Positions 18,847 through 29,222 of a stretch of DNA of 64,000 nucleotides are shown here, piece by piece. Position 1 is the stretch's first letter. Every line of letters begins with the position of its first letter. The notes below the pieces were generated by a model that saw only the letters and a program-made list of their open reading frames with translations, ran no database searches and had not been told where the DNA came from. Source of the stretch: an uncultured Enterobacteriaceae bacterium. GTDB taxonomy: Bacteria > Pseudomonadota > Gammaproteobacteria > Eutrophobiales > Eutrophobiaceae. Location: NCBI GenBank assembly GCA_964509455.1, contig CAZDXS010000245.1, positions 9,392 to 73,391 of the forward strand. Direction: 5' to 3'. Both the position numbers and the translations under genes were made by a program.

Positions 18847-20307
18847 TCAGGCAATCTCTCTTCTGCGCTCGTTGGACGGCGGAATGGACAGCGCCTCGCG
18901 GTACTTGGCCACGGTCCTGCGGGCCACCCGAATGCCTTGGTCGCACAGCAGGGCGGCGATGCGGCTGTCGCTCAGCGGCTTGGCCGGGCTTTCGGCCTGC
19001 ACCAGCTTCCTGATCAGGGCGCGAATGGCCGTCGCCGAGCAGGCGCCGCCCCACTCCGTGTCAACATGGCTGGAGAAGAAGTATTTTAACTCGAAAATGC
19101 CGCGGGGCGTGTGCATGTACTTGCCGGTGGTGACGCGGGAGACGGTCGAATCGTGCAATTCCAGGCCGGCCGCGATGTCGCGCAACACCAGCGGCTTCAT
19201 CGCCTCCTCGCCGTATTCCAGGAACGCCCGTTGGCGCGCGACGATGGCGGCGGCGACGCGCAACAGGGTCTCGCCGCGGCTCTGCAGGCTCTTGATGAAC
19301 CAGCGGGCCTCTTGCAGGTGGCTTTTCAGCGACGCGTTGTCGGCGCTGTTGTCGGCGCGGCGAATCATGCCGGCGTAACTCGCATTGATGCGCAGGCGCG
19401 GCAGCGCGTCCTGGTTGAGCTCCACCTTCCAGGCGCCGTTGGACCGGGTCACCAGCACGTCCGGCGTGAGGTACTCGATGCCGGCGTCCTGCCCCCTGGC
19501 GCCGGGGCGCGGGTCCAGGGACTGCACCAGGTTGATTGCCTGGCGCAACGCGTCGCGCTCTAACTTCATGCGGCGCATCAGTTGCCGGTAATCGCGGGCG
19601 GCAAGCAATTGCAGGTGTTGGTCGACCAGCTCCCCGGCTTCTTTCAGCCAGGGGGTGTCGGGGTCCAGTTGCGCCAGTTGCAAGGACAGGCACTCCGCCA
19701 GGTCGCGGGCGCCGACGCCGGCAGGCTCTAAGGACTGCACGATGCGCAACACGGACTCGATTTGGTCCGCGCCGATGTTCGCCGCGGCGGGCAGGGCCTC
19801 CCGAATGTCGTCCAAGTCGGCGGCCAGGTAGCCGTCGTCATTGATCGCGTCCACCAGCGCGGCGGCAATGAGCTTGTCGGCGGCGGACAGGGTGACCAGG
19901 TTCAACTGCCACAGCAGGCGCCGGCGCAGGTCTTGCTCGTGGTTGTCCTGGCATTCATGGACGGGTTGCTCGGCGGCGGCCGCCGCGGGGGCGGGCGCGG
20001 CATCGTAGATGTCCTCCCATGCCGTATCCACCGGCAACTCCTCGGGAATGGCGTCGCTGTCAAACGGCTCGGCCTCTTCCGACTCGCGGTCGCCCGCCGC
20101 CGCGCCGTCCGCCGTCGCGCCCTCCGCCGCAACGGGCGCCGTCGTCTCATCCTCCTCGTCCAGCTCCAGCATCATGTTGGAGTCCAGCGCCTGGCGCACC
20201 TCCAGGTTCAACTCCAGGGCGGACAACTGCAACAGCCGGATGGACTGGCGCAACTGGGGCGTCATGGCCAGTCCCTGGCTGGTCTTTATGCGCAGGGATT
20301 GCTTCAT
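18847..20307 (-). CDS. rpoN: RNA polymerase sigma-54 factor
   Basis: The N-terminus is MKQSLRIKTSQGLAMTPQLRQSIRLLQLS. The C-terminus has the RpoN box ARRTVAKYRE and an acidic region II. Confidence 0.96.
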   Translation of the reverse strand: MKQSLRIKTSQGLAMTPQLRQSIRLLQLSALELNLEVRQALDSNMMLELDEEDETTAPVAAEGATADGAAAGDRESEEAEPFDSDAIPEELPVDTAWEDIYDAAPAPAAAAAEQPVHECQDNHEQDLRRRLLWQLNLVTLSAADKLIAAALVDAINDDGYLAADLDDIREALPAAANIGADQIESVLRIVQSLEPAGVGARDLAECLSLQLAQLDPDTPWLKEAGELVDQHLQLLAARDYRQLMRRMKLERDALRQAINLVQSLDPRPGARGQDAGIEYLTPDVLVTRSNGAWKVELNQDALPRLRINASYAGMIRRADNSADNASLKSHLQEARWFIKSLQSRGETLLRVAAAIVARQRAFLEYGEEAMKPLVLRDIAAGLELHDSTVSRVTTGKYMHTPRGIFELKYFFSSHVDTEWGGACSATAIRALIRKLVQAESPAKPLSDSRIAALLCDQGIRVARRTVAKYREALSIPPSNERRREIA

Positions 20308-20358
20308 GCCGGCGGCGTAACGCAAAAAACGGCGCTCATCGGGCTTGGAAAGCGGCGC

Positions 20359-21084
20359 TCACAGCCTGAAATCGGATCCCAGGTAGATGTCCCTGACGGT
20401 TTCATCCGCCAGGATTTCATCCGGCGCACCCTCGATCAACACCTCCCCGTCGTGAACGATGTAGGCCCGGTCGCAGGCGCTCAGGGCCTCTCGCACGTTG
20501 TGGTCGGTGATCAGGATGCCTATGCCCTTGTCCCGCAGGTAGCTGGTGATGCGCTGAATGTCGCTGATGGAGATGGGGTCGATGCCGGCAAACGGCTCGT
20601 CCAGCAGCAAAAAGCGCGGCTGTATGGCCAGGGCGCGGGCGATCTCCACCCGTCGGCGCTCGCCGCCGGACAGGCTCATGCCCAGGCTGTCGCGCAGGTG
20701 CGAGACGTGAAACTCGTGCAACAGCGCCTCCATGCGCTCACGCGCCTCGCTCCGGTCCATGTTCTTGCGCAACTCCAGGATGGCCATGATGTTCTCCTCC
20801 ACGGTCAGCTTGCGAAAAATGGAGGACTCCTGGGGCAGGTAGCCAAGCCCCAGCCGCGCCCTTTTTTCCATGGGCAAAAAGCCGATTTCCCGGTCGTCCA
20901 GGTAGATCCTGCCCTTGTCGCAGGGAATCAGCCCGACAATGATGTGAAAACTGGTGGTCTTGCCCGCCCCGTTGGGGCCCAGCAACCCGGTAATCTCGCC
21001 GCTGTTGACGTCCAGGCTGAGGTTGCGAACCACCTGCCGGGAGCGATAGGTCTTGGATATGCTCCGGACAGATAAAATGCTCAT
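20359..21084 (-). CDS. lptB: LPS export ABC transporter ATP-binding protein
   Basis: 241 aa. It has Walker [10 protein letters not shown], signature LSGGERRR and Walker B LLLDEP. It follows lptA. Confidence 0.96.
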   Translation of the reverse strand: MSILSVRSISKTYRSRQVVRNLSLDVNSGEITGLLGPNGAGKTTSFHIIVGLIPCDKGRIYLDDREIGFLPMEKRARLGLGYLPQESSIFRKLTVEENIMAILELRKNMDRSEARERMEALLHEFHVSHLRDSLGMSLSGGERRRVEIARALAIQPRFLLLDEPFAGIDPISISDIQRITSYLRDKGIGILITDHNVREALSACDRAYIVHDGEVLIEGAPDEILADETVRDIYLGSDFRL

Positions 21085-21620
21085 TCGTCCTGTTTATCCC
21101 TCTTGAATATCAGCTTCACGCGGCTGTCCTCCCCGCTGCCGGGCGTACTGGTGGCTTTCACCCGGCTGAGTTCCGTGTCGTACTCGATTCTCTCGCCCGC
21201 CAGGGTCGCCGTGCCCTCGCCTTTTTTTATCCAGGCCTCCCCGATCAGCACGATCAGGTTTTTCAGGTCGTGGAACTCCATTCGCAACGCCGCCGCCTGG
21301 TCGGGCGTCTCGCTGTCGTCCGGCAACTGCTGGTAGGTGGCGGGCTTGCCCTCCAGCACCATGAGCTCCAGCAGGTCGTCCCGGGTGCTGTGCACCGTCA
21401 TGCGCTCGCCGGTCATGCGAATGGATCCCTGCTTGACCACGATATTGCCCTGGTAGGTGCTGATTCGATTCGGCTCGTCCAGTTCCACCTCGTCCGCCTC
21501 CACTTCAATGGGCTGATTCTTGTCGGTGGAAAGGGCGAACGCCGGCAGGGCGAGCGCAAGACAGAGTGCGCCGGCGAGGGCGTCAGCTGCCGGGCGCGGC
21601 GTCAAAAACAGTTTTTTCAT
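21081..21620 (-). CDS. lptA: LPS transport periplasmic protein LptA
   Basis: 179 aa. It has a signal peptide and an OstA-like sequence ([45 protein letters not shown]). Confidence 0.9.
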   Translation of the reverse strand: MKKLFLTPRPAADALAGALCLALALPAFALSTDKNQPIEVEADEVELDEPNRISTYQGNIVVKQGSIRMTGERMTVHSTRDDLLELMVLEGKPATYQQLPDDSETPDQAAALRMEFHDLKNLIVLIGEAWIKKGEGTATLAGERIEYDTELSRVKATSTPGSGEDSRVKLIFKRDKQDE

Positions 21621-22203
21621 GTTCGATAATCTCCAGTCTGTCTTGTGGAAGAAACGCGCGCAACCCGATGCCGGTGACGACGGTACCGCCTCTCACTATG
21701 GTTGCGCGTTGGTCCGTCTCGGCGTATTCCTCGTCCAGAAATATGCGCACATCCGCCGTGTCGACCTCCAGCACGGCCGCGCCCGCGTCGTCGTACTCCC
21801 GTATTTTCACCGGGCCGCTCAGTACTATGGTATCACTGTTTCCCCGGCGTCGTCCCTGTTCCGCGATGATGTACAGGGGCGGCTTGTCTTCCCGAAACAG
21901 CTCCACTTCCAGTTTCAACAGCTCCGTGATGTTCTCCTCCGGATAATGGGCCATGTAGGCCGCGGTCAGCCGGTTCCGGGGGCTGCCGTCCTGTTTCATT
22001 CTCAGGGTGGTGAAGTCCTCCATGTAATAATCCGGCAGGCGCCCCTGATGTTGCCTCGCGGCGGCCGGGTCGTCCGCCAGCCACGCCAGCAATCCCGCGC
22101 TGCCGGTCACCACCAGCAACAGGGCAAGCAACGCCAGGCGGCGCCCCGACAGGCCGTTGCTGCGCCGCGCCTGGATGCGCAATAACGCGCGCCACAATCT
22201 CAT
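21583..22203 (-). CDS. lptC: LPS export system protein LptC
   Basis: 206 aa with an N-terminal membrane anchor and an LptC-like beta-jellyroll sequence. It lies immediately upstream of lptA. Confidence 0.85.
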   Translation of the reverse strand: MRLWRALLRIQARRSNGLSGRRLALLALLLVVTGSAGLLAWLADDPAAARQHQGRLPDYYMEDFTTLRMKQDGSPRNRLTAAYMAHYPEENITELLKLEVELFREDKPPLYIIAEQGRRRGNSDTIVLSGPVKIREYDDAGAAVLEVDTADVRIFLDEEYAETDQRATIVRGGTVVTGIGLRAFLPQDRLEIIEHEKTVFDAAPGS

Positions 22204-22278
22204 CGCGCCGGCCCCGGGCTTTCAACAAGGCGCTGGGGCGGTTTTTGGGGCAGGTTGCCCGCGGCCCGGTTGCCGTCG

Positions 22279-25200
22279 TTACAGGTTGTCATTCATCCCC
22301 GACATTTTTGAGCGGATTTTCTGCGTCTCCACCGAGACGTGGATGACCTGGCGAAGCAGCCGTATCAACGCGGCCCGATGGTCTTGCCACTGGTAGGGGC
22401 ATTGCCGCAGCAGTTCCGTCACCTCGTCTGAATGATGTTTCCTCTCCTTCGGCCGCCCCTCATGCTGGTGCTCCGCCAGGGGCCAGAGCATGGCGGGGTC
22501 GCCCGACAACTGGTAGTCCCAGGCCGCTTGCGGAATGTTCCGAATCTCCGTTTTCGTATCGATGCGAATGATTTTTCCACCCGTCTTGCTGACGCCGACC
22601 CGGCAGATTTTCTCGGGCGGATCGGCGGCATGCCACCGCTTTGGTCCCACCACCTTGCAATGACGGTCCTCCGGACATTCATCGAAGCGGGTGTGCAACC
22701 GGGCCAGCGCTCTGCCCGCTTCCGCCCATTCCCGGAAACGGGGGTGCAAGGGCAACCGGGGCAGGGATACGCGCAGGTTCCCGGCGAAGCGCGTGGCGTA
22801 CTCCGGATCGTTCAGCACCGCGTACGCGTAATAAAAAATATCCTCCCGGGTGATGCGCTGTTGCTTATAGTGTGCGCGAAAGCGCTCTAAGGCGAGGTCC
22901 GTGATGTTCGAGCGCTTGTTGCCGTTCTCGTCATAGACGTAGAGAGGGATATATTGGGGGGAAGGCAACACTTCACCATCCGGCACTGTGTCGCTGAGCA
23001 AGGCATCAAACGGCTTCTTTTTACCGGGGGACGTAAAACCGATGACTAGGTTGTCGGAAGCTCCCCGTATACGGAGCGGAAAAATTTTTTTCAGCTGGTA
23101 AAGGCGATGAATAAGGCGGGGGCGATAATACAGTTGCTTGCGGGTGAACGGCCGCCACAGGACGGTGCGAATGGCCTGAGAATCGTAGGCAATTCCTCCA
23201 TCGTCCCCTGCCGCATACAACGCCAGTTCGGTGGTCCACTTGATATGCGGCTTGAAGAATTCTTTAATGAGCCTGTTACCGAAGCGGGTCAGGTCTTTGC
23301 GGTTTTCCGGCGTGTTCTGCAACGCCGGCGGCAACTCGTCACGGGAAGCATGGTATCGCCTGCGCTCCTCTTCATAAATGCTCACGAAACGCCGCACCTT
23401 GATTTCCAGCGCGGCGCGGCCCAGGTCCCACATCCAGTCATCTCGTCTTGTTGCGCTTCCCATGCTGTACAACGCAAATACGGGAATTTCTCCCACTTCT
23501 TGCCGGCCTTTCTCGTATTTCTGCTTGTATTCCTTGCTGACGGCGGGCATTGGCAACCTGTCAAAGCCCGTATCAGCCTGCGTTGGACACAGGGGGCCGC
23601 CCCCGTCCCGCTCAAGAGACGTCCAGCCAGGGGTGTTGTCCTTGTCATCCAACCACCTCAGCTTGGTCTCGGCGCTCTCTCCATGCAGGACGCAGTGGTA
23701 CATCACCCGGGCGTCGGTCCCGCCGGAGTCTTTCTTGATGGCGAATATCACCTGGCAACCAACCTTGTTGGGGAACACGTTCCCATCCGAAGCCCCTTCT
23801 CCTCCCAGATCAAGAATATACAGGGCAGTGCACTGCTCGCGCAGGTATTGCCGCAACGGCGCATCGGAAACGGAGTCCAGGAAACCGCGATTGGTAATCA
23901 GCGCAACCATTCCTTGCTCCCGGATCCTGTCCAAGGACCAGACAAGAAAACGCTTGTACTGGTCCGTGGAAGACGGCTTTTGCACCCCGCTGCCCCGGTA
24001 CATGTCCGTCAACCGGGCGTCCAGGGCCGGATAGCTGGCGTTCTCATTCATCTCCATTGCATTCTTCTGGGAGGCGCGCCAGGGCGGATTCCCGATGACC
24101 AGGGTGATGTCGGTGTCGCGCTGCTTGCGTACCCGCTTGGTGTTTTCTTTCGAGAACCCGCCGCCCTCCATCTCAACCTGTTCCCCTTCCCCGGTCAGGG
24201 GCAACGCCAGGGTGTCCTGGTAGCACAGGCCGGGAAACTGCTGGTCCGTCTCACCCCCCGTCAAGTTATACAACGTGCGCTGAACGGCCACGCAGGCGAC
24301 GTAGTACGCCAGGAGCGATACCTCGTTGGCCCACAAGGCGCCGCGCCCGTCCTTGCCTTGCCCGGCCGCCAGGTACTTGGCCTGCAGTTTTTTGCTCCCG
24401 CCCTTTTTTGCGGCAATATGCCGCATGACGGCCGTCACAAAAGTTCCCGTCCCCGTGGCCGGGTCCAGGATGGGAACCTGCGGCGATTCCAGCCCCTTGC
24501 CAAAATGCTCGCGCAGCAGCGAGTCCGAGGTGCGCACCATGAAGTTCACCACCTCCTGAGGGGTATAGACAATGCCCAGCTTATCGCCGGACTTCTTTGC
24601 ATAAGCCCAGTAGAACTGCTGATAGACGTCCTTCAGCAGTTGCTCCGCCTTGTCCGGATGTTTCTCGACGCTCTTGGCCAAATCATACAAGTCCGAGTAG
24701 TAAGCTTGCACTTTCTGGGTGAGGTTTCCCCACTCTCCTGGCCCTGCCAGCTGGTTCTGTAGAGAATCCAGCTCCTTGGCGATCGGGTTGGTTCGGTCCA
24801 TGTCCTGGCCGTACAGGGAGCGGAGAAACTCTCCAGTCAGCACGTGTTGGACCAACATTTCTGTTACTTCGCTCTCTCCTACTGCTCCCTTGCCGCCCAT
24901 CAACTGGGAAATTTCCGCGGCGGCCGTTTTTACCGCGGATTCTGATGCCTTTCGCAGGAATATACCGTTCAAGTTTGCGGCAATCCTTGGAATGTCTTCA
25001 CTCAACGTTGCCCATGCCTCCTTGAATTTCCTATCGATTTGCCCGGCGCGCGTGAAAAACTCCTCCAGTAGCTGAACGAAGCCTGCCGGCTCGCCAATCT
25101 CGGCTGTTTTCGGTTTTGGAGAATCCTTTCCGCCCCCAACGCTTCCCCCTTTTGGGGACTGATGCAAGCGAACCTCCGTGCCGGAATCTTCGAACAGCAT

Positions 25201-25638
25201 ATTGGACATTTCATACTCGTCCCTCTGCTTTTGCCTGACCTTATCCATAATCTTGCCGGGACAGCAGGCCTCCCACCAGCCGATCACCATTCCCAGGCCG
25301 CCCAGCGCCTTGACTTGCCCGTCAGGACGCTTGCCGGGCGACTGCTCCACCTCCTGAAAAAAACTGCACTTGTAGTGGGGAGCGAGCTCTATCATCAGTT
25401 GAGCAAATGCGTCCCGGCGGTCCACTTCCTTGGTCCTTCGGTCTTTCGTCAGCTCCAGCTGACGCTGGTAATAGGCCGCCAGGGCCGAGACAACAGTTTC
25501 GCGGTATTTACGGGTCTTGCCGCTGAGGCTGCCGCGCAAAGCAACCCGGAGCCTGGACTCCTCGTGATACCCGGCATTCTCGATTCTGGCAGCGACAGAA
25601 TCCAGGAGCCTGATAGTTTCTTTTTTTGTAGAACGCAT
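22279..25638 (-). CDS. large N6-adenine DNA methyltransferase-like protein, paralog A (PD-ExK-like N-terminus, gamma-class MTase, type ISP-like C-terminal specificity region)
   Basis: 1119 aa. Motif X GIVYTPQEVVNFMV, motif I ILDPATGTGTF and motif IV VIGNPPW are present. The C-terminus DIFYYAYAVLNDPEYATRFAGNLRVSLPRLPL...AGRALARLHTRFDE...VIHVSVETQKI resembles type ISP/IIG TRD-C regions. The N-terminus reads RPDG-x16-WWEAC. Confidence 0.85.
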   Translation of the reverse strand: MRSTKKETIRLLDSVAARIENAGYHEESRLRVALRGSLSGKTRKYRETVVSALAAYYQRQLELTKDRRTKEVDRRDAFAQLMIELAPHYKCSFFQEVEQSPGKRPDGQVKALGGLGMVIGWWEACCPGKIMDKVRQKQRDEYEMSNMLFEDSGTEVRLHQSPKGGSVGGGKDSPKPKTAEIGEPAGFVQLLEEFFTRAGQIDRKFKEAWATLSEDIPRIAANLNGIFLRKASESAVKTAAAEISQLMGGKGAVGESEVTEMLVQHVLTGEFLRSLYGQDMDRTNPIAKELDSLQNQLAGPGEWGNLTQKVQAYYSDLYDLAKSVEKHPDKAEQLLKDVYQQFYWAYAKKSGDKLGIVYTPQEVVNFMVRTSDSLLREHFGKGLESPQVPILDPATGTGTFVTAVMRHIAAKKGGSKKLQAKYLAAGQGKDGRGALWANEVSLLAYYVACVAVQRTLYNLTGGETDQQFPGLCYQDTLALPLTGEGEQVEMEGGGFSKENTKRVRKQRDTDITLVIGNPPWRASQKNAMEMNENASYPALDARLTDMYRGSGVQKPSSTDQYKRFLVWSLDRIREQGMVALITNRGFLDSVSDAPLRQYLREQCTALYILDLGGEGASDGNVFPNKVGCQVIFAIKKDSGGTDARVMYHCVLHGESAETKLRWLDDKDNTPGWTSLERDGGGPLCPTQADTGFDRLPMPAVSKEYKQKYEKGRQEVGEIPVFALYSMGSATRRDDWMWDLGRAALEIKVRRFVSIYEEERRRYHASRDELPPALQNTPENRKDLTRFGNRLIKEFFKPHIKWTTELALYAAGDDGGIAYDSQAIRTVLWRPFTRKQLYYRPRLIHRLYQLKKIFPLRIRGASDNLVIGFTSPGKKKPFDALLSDTVPDGEVLPSPQYIPLYVYDENGNKRSNITDLALERFRAHYKQQRITREDIFYYAYAVLNDPEYATRFAGNLRVSLPRLPLHPRFREWAEAGRALARLHTRFDECPEDRHCKVVGPKRWHAADPPEKICRVGVSKTGGKIIRIDTKTEIRNIPQAAWDYQLSGDPAMLWPLAEHQHEGRPKERKHHSDEVTELLRQCPYQWQDHRAALIRLLRQVIHVSVETQKIRSKMSGMNDNL

Positions 25639-25853
25639 AACTGGGCTGGCTGACGTAGAAAATCGCTAAGGGTTCACTGGCCGCAACGGCAGAAACGATG
25701 ATGTCTTTGGCGAGTGTATCACATCAGCCGCGACAACAACGGTGCGTGCCCGCGCCTGTTGGGGCAAAACCGGTTGCTTCATCCCTGGGAATCAATAAAG
25801 TCCGCTGGATCGGGGGTTTGGGCAGGTTGCCCGCGGCCCGGTTGTCGCCGCCG

Positions 25854-28800
25854 TTACAGGTTGTCATTCATGCCGGACATTTTTGAGCGGATTTTCTGCG
25901 TCTCCACCGAGACGTGGATGACCTGGCGAAGCAGCCGTATCAACGCGGCCCGATGGTCTTGCCACTGGTAGGGGCATTGCCGCAACAGTTCCGTCACCTC
26001 GGACGAGCGATGTTGCCGCGCTTTCGGGCGCCCCTCATGCTGGTGCTCCGCCAGCGGCCAGAGCATGGCGGGGCGACCCGCCAACTGGTAGTCCCAGGCC
26101 GCTTGCGGAATGTTCCGAATCTCCGTTTTCGTATCGATGCGAATGATTTTTCCGCCCGTCTTGCTGACGCCGACCCGGCAGATTTTCTCGGGCGGGTCGG
26201 CGGCATGCCACCGCTTTGGTCCCGCCACTTCGCAATGACGGTCCTCCGGACATTCATCGAAGCGGGTGTGCAACCGGGCCAGCGCTCTGCCCGCCTCCGC
26301 CCATTCCCGGAAACGGGGGTGCAAGGGCAACCGCGGCAGGGCAACGCGCAGGTCCCCGGCGAAGCGCGTTGCGTACTCCGGATCGTTCAGCACCGCATAC
26401 GCATAGTAGAAGACGTCCTCTTGGGTGATGCGCGGCCGCTGGTAGTGCGCGCGAAAGCGCTCCAAGGCGAGGTCCGTGATGTTCGAGCGCTTTTTGCCGT
26501 GCTCGTCATAGACGTAAAGAGGGATATATTGGGCGAAAGGCAGGAAATGATGGTCCGGCACCGCGTTGCTGAGCAATGCGCCAAACGACCTCTTTTTACC
26601 GGGGGACGTAAAACCAATGACCAGGTTGTCGGAACCCCCTTGCCTGTCGAACGGGAAGATGCTTCCCATCTGGTAGGGGCGGTGAAGCAAGACGGGCCGG
26701 TAATACAGTTGCTTGCGGGTGAACGGCCGCCACAGGGCGGTGCGAATCGCCCGGGAGTCGCAGGCAAGCGTCCCGTCCTCCCTTGTTGCGTACGGCGCCA
26801 GTTCGGTGGTCCACTTGATGCGCTGGTCGAAAAATTCTTTCATCAGCCGGTGGCCGAAGCGGGTCAGGCTTTTGCGATTTTCCGGCGTGTTTTGCAACGC
26901 CGGCGGCAACTCGTCATGGGAAGCATGGTATCGCCTGCGCTCCTCTTCATAAATGCTCACGAAGCGCCGCACCTTGATTTCCAGCGCGGCGCGGCCCAGG
27001 TCCCACATCCAGTCATCCCGGTTTGATTTGCTCCCCATGCTGTACGACGCAAACACGGGGACTTCTCCCGCCTCCTGCCGGCCCTGCTTGTATTCCTTGC
27101 TGACGGCGGGCATCGGCAACCTGTCAAAGCCCGTAGCGGCAGGGGTTGGACACAGGGGGCCGCCCCCGTCCTGTTCAAGAGACGTCCAGCCGGGGGTGTT
27201 TTTCCCGTTGTCCAACCACCTCAGCTTGGTCTCGGCGCTCTCTCCATGCAGGACGCGATGGTACATCGCCCGGGCGCCGGGTGCGCCGGAGTCTTTCTTG
27301 ATGGCGAAAATCACCTGGCAACCGGTCTTGTTGCCGGAGAACACGTTGCCGTCCGCAGACCCGTTCAACCCGTCGCCGCCCAGATCAAGAATATACAGGG
27401 CAGTGCACTGCTCGCGCAGGTATTGCCGCAACGGCGCATCGGAAACGGAGTCCAGGAAACCGCGGTTGGTGATCAGCGCGACCAGCCCCTGCTTCTGGAC
27501 CCGGTCCAGGGACCAAACAAGAAAACGCTTGTACTGGTCCGTGGAAGACGGCTTTTGCACCCCGCTGCCCTGGTACATGTCCGTCAACCGGGCGTCCAGG
27601 GCCGGATAGCTGGCGTTCTCATTCATCTCCATGGCATTCTTCTGGGAGGCGCGCCAGGGCGGATTCCCGATGACCAGAGTGATGTCGGTGTCGCGTTGCC
27701 GGCGCACCCGCTTGGTGTTCTCTTTTGAGAACCCGTTGCCTTCCAACTCAACCTGCTCCCCTTCCCCGGTCAGGGGCAACGCCAGGGTGTCCTGGTAACA
27801 CAGGCCGGGAAACTGCTGGTCCGTCTCGTACTCCCCGCCCTCCGTCAGGTTGTACAGGGTGCGCTGAACGGCCACGCAGGCGACGTAGTACGCCAGGAGC
27901 GACACCTCGTTGGCCCACAGGGCGCCGCGCCCGTCCTTGCCGTGCCCGGCCGCCAGGTACTTGGCCTGCAGTTTTTTGCTCCCGCCTCTTTTTGCGGCAA
28001 TATGCCGCATGACGGCCGTTACGAAAGTTCCCGTCCCCGCGGCCGGGTCCAGGATGGGAACCTGCGGCGATTCCAGCCCCTTGCCGAAATGCTCGCGCAA
28101 CAGCGAGTCCGAGGTGCGCACCATGAAGTTCACCACCTCCCGGGGGGTATAGACAATGCCCAGCCTGTCGCCGGACTTCCTGCCGTAAGCCCAGTAGAAC
28201 TGCTGATAGACGTCTTTCAGCAACTGCTCCGCCTGGTCCGGATAATCCTCGACGCTCCGCGCCAATCCTTGCAGGCCGGAGTAGTAGTCCCGCACTTTCC
28301 GGGTGAGGTTCCCCCACTCCCGCGGCCCCGCCAGCTGGTTCTGCAGGGCGTTCAACTCCCTGGCGATCGGGTTGGTGCGGTCGATGTCCTGGCCGTACAG
28401 GGAGCGGAGGAACTCCCCGGTCAGCACGTGCTGGACCAGCATGTCGGTCACTTCCTGTCCGCTCACGGCGCCCTCGCCGCCCATCAACCGGGAGATTTCC
28501 ACGGCGGCCGCCTGTACCGCGGCCGCCGCCTCTTGCTGTTGGAAGATGCTGTTCAGGCTTGCGGCGATTTCTGGTATTTCTTTTTCCAGCGCCGACCAGG
28601 CCTCCTTGAATTTCCTGTCGATTTGCCCGGCGCGGGTGAAGAAGCGATCCAGCAACCCGATGAACTGCGCCGGGTCGTCAATCCCGACGCGTTCTTGCTG
28701 CGGGGGCGCCGCGCCGTCCGCCTGGCACAGGCAGGCCTGCGTGCCGCAATCCTCGAACAGCATGTTGGACATTTCGTACTCGTCCGCCTGTTTTTGCCTG

Positions 28801-29222
28801 ATCTTGTCCGCAATCCTGCCGGGACGGCAGGCCTCCCACCAGCCGATGACCATTCCCAGGCCGCCCAGCGCCTTGACCTGTCCGTCCGGGCGTTTGCCGG
28901 GCGACTGCTCCTGCTCTGGAATGAACCCGCACTTGTAGAGGGGGGCGAGCGCTCTCATCAGGCCAACGAATGCGTCGCGGCGGTCCAACTCTCCCGTGAC
29001 GCGGCTCTTCGTCAGCTCCAACTGACGCTGGTAATAGGCCGCCAGGGCCGAGACGACGACCCCGCGATGGTTACGGGTCTTGCCGCTGAGTCTGCCGCGC
29101 AAGGCGTCCCCGAGCCTGGACTCCTCGTGATACCCGGCCGCCCTGATCCTGGCAGCGACAGAATCCAGGCGCTTGATGGTTTCCTGGTTCGCAGAACGCA
29201 TGGCTGGATAGGTTGACGTCAA
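25854..29222 (-). CDS. large N6-adenine DNA methyltransferase-like protein, paralog B
   Basis: 1122 aa, collinear with paralog A and roughly 80-90 percent identical by eye, with the same motifs (DPAAGTGTF, VIGNPPW). By alignment with A the start may be ATG 29201 (MRSANQETIKRLD). Confidence 0.85.
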   Translation of the reverse strand: MTSTYPAMRSANQETIKRLDSVAARIRAAGYHEESRLGDALRGRLSGKTRNHRGVVVSALAAYYQRQLELTKSRVTGELDRRDAFVGLMRALAPLYKCGFIPEQEQSPGKRPDGQVKALGGLGMVIGWWEACRPGRIADKIRQKQADEYEMSNMLFEDCGTQACLCQADGAAPPQQERVGIDDPAQFIGLLDRFFTRAGQIDRKFKEAWSALEKEIPEIAASLNSIFQQQEAAAAVQAAAVEISRLMGGEGAVSGQEVTDMLVQHVLTGEFLRSLYGQDIDRTNPIARELNALQNQLAGPREWGNLTRKVRDYYSGLQGLARSVEDYPDQAEQLLKDVYQQFYWAYGRKSGDRLGIVYTPREVVNFMVRTSDSLLREHFGKGLESPQVPILDPAAGTGTFVTAVMRHIAAKRGGSKKLQAKYLAAGHGKDGRGALWANEVSLLAYYVACVAVQRTLYNLTEGGEYETDQQFPGLCYQDTLALPLTGEGEQVELEGNGFSKENTKRVRRQRDTDITLVIGNPPWRASQKNAMEMNENASYPALDARLTDMYQGSGVQKPSSTDQYKRFLVWSLDRVQKQGLVALITNRGFLDSVSDAPLRQYLREQCTALYILDLGGDGLNGSADGNVFSGNKTGCQVIFAIKKDSGAPGARAMYHRVLHGESAETKLRWLDNGKNTPGWTSLEQDGGGPLCPTPAATGFDRLPMPAVSKEYKQGRQEAGEVPVFASYSMGSKSNRDDWMWDLGRAALEIKVRRFVSIYEEERRRYHASHDELPPALQNTPENRKSLTRFGHRLMKEFFDQRIKWTTELAPYATREDGTLACDSRAIRTALWRPFTRKQLYYRPVLLHRPYQMGSIFPFDRQGGSDNLVIGFTSPGKKRSFGALLSNAVPDHHFLPFAQYIPLYVYDEHGKKRSNITDLALERFRAHYQRPRITQEDVFYYAYAVLNDPEYATRFAGDLRVALPRLPLHPRFREWAEAGRALARLHTRFDECPEDRHCEVAGPKRWHAADPPEKICRVGVSKTGGKIIRIDTKTEIRNIPQAAWDYQLAGRPAMLWPLAEHQHEGRPKARQHRSSEVTELLRQCPYQWQDHRAALIRLLRQVIHVSVETQKIRSKMSGMNDNL

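Noticed and set aside
25613-25630. A7 homopolymer at codons 4-6 of methyltransferase paralog A as a phase-variation switch.
   Set aside because: Seven bases is short for a contingency tract, and it encodes Lys-Lys in an AT-rich part of the gene. There is no evidence of length heterogeneity from a single sequence. It is noted only as part of the A/B compositional asymmetry.
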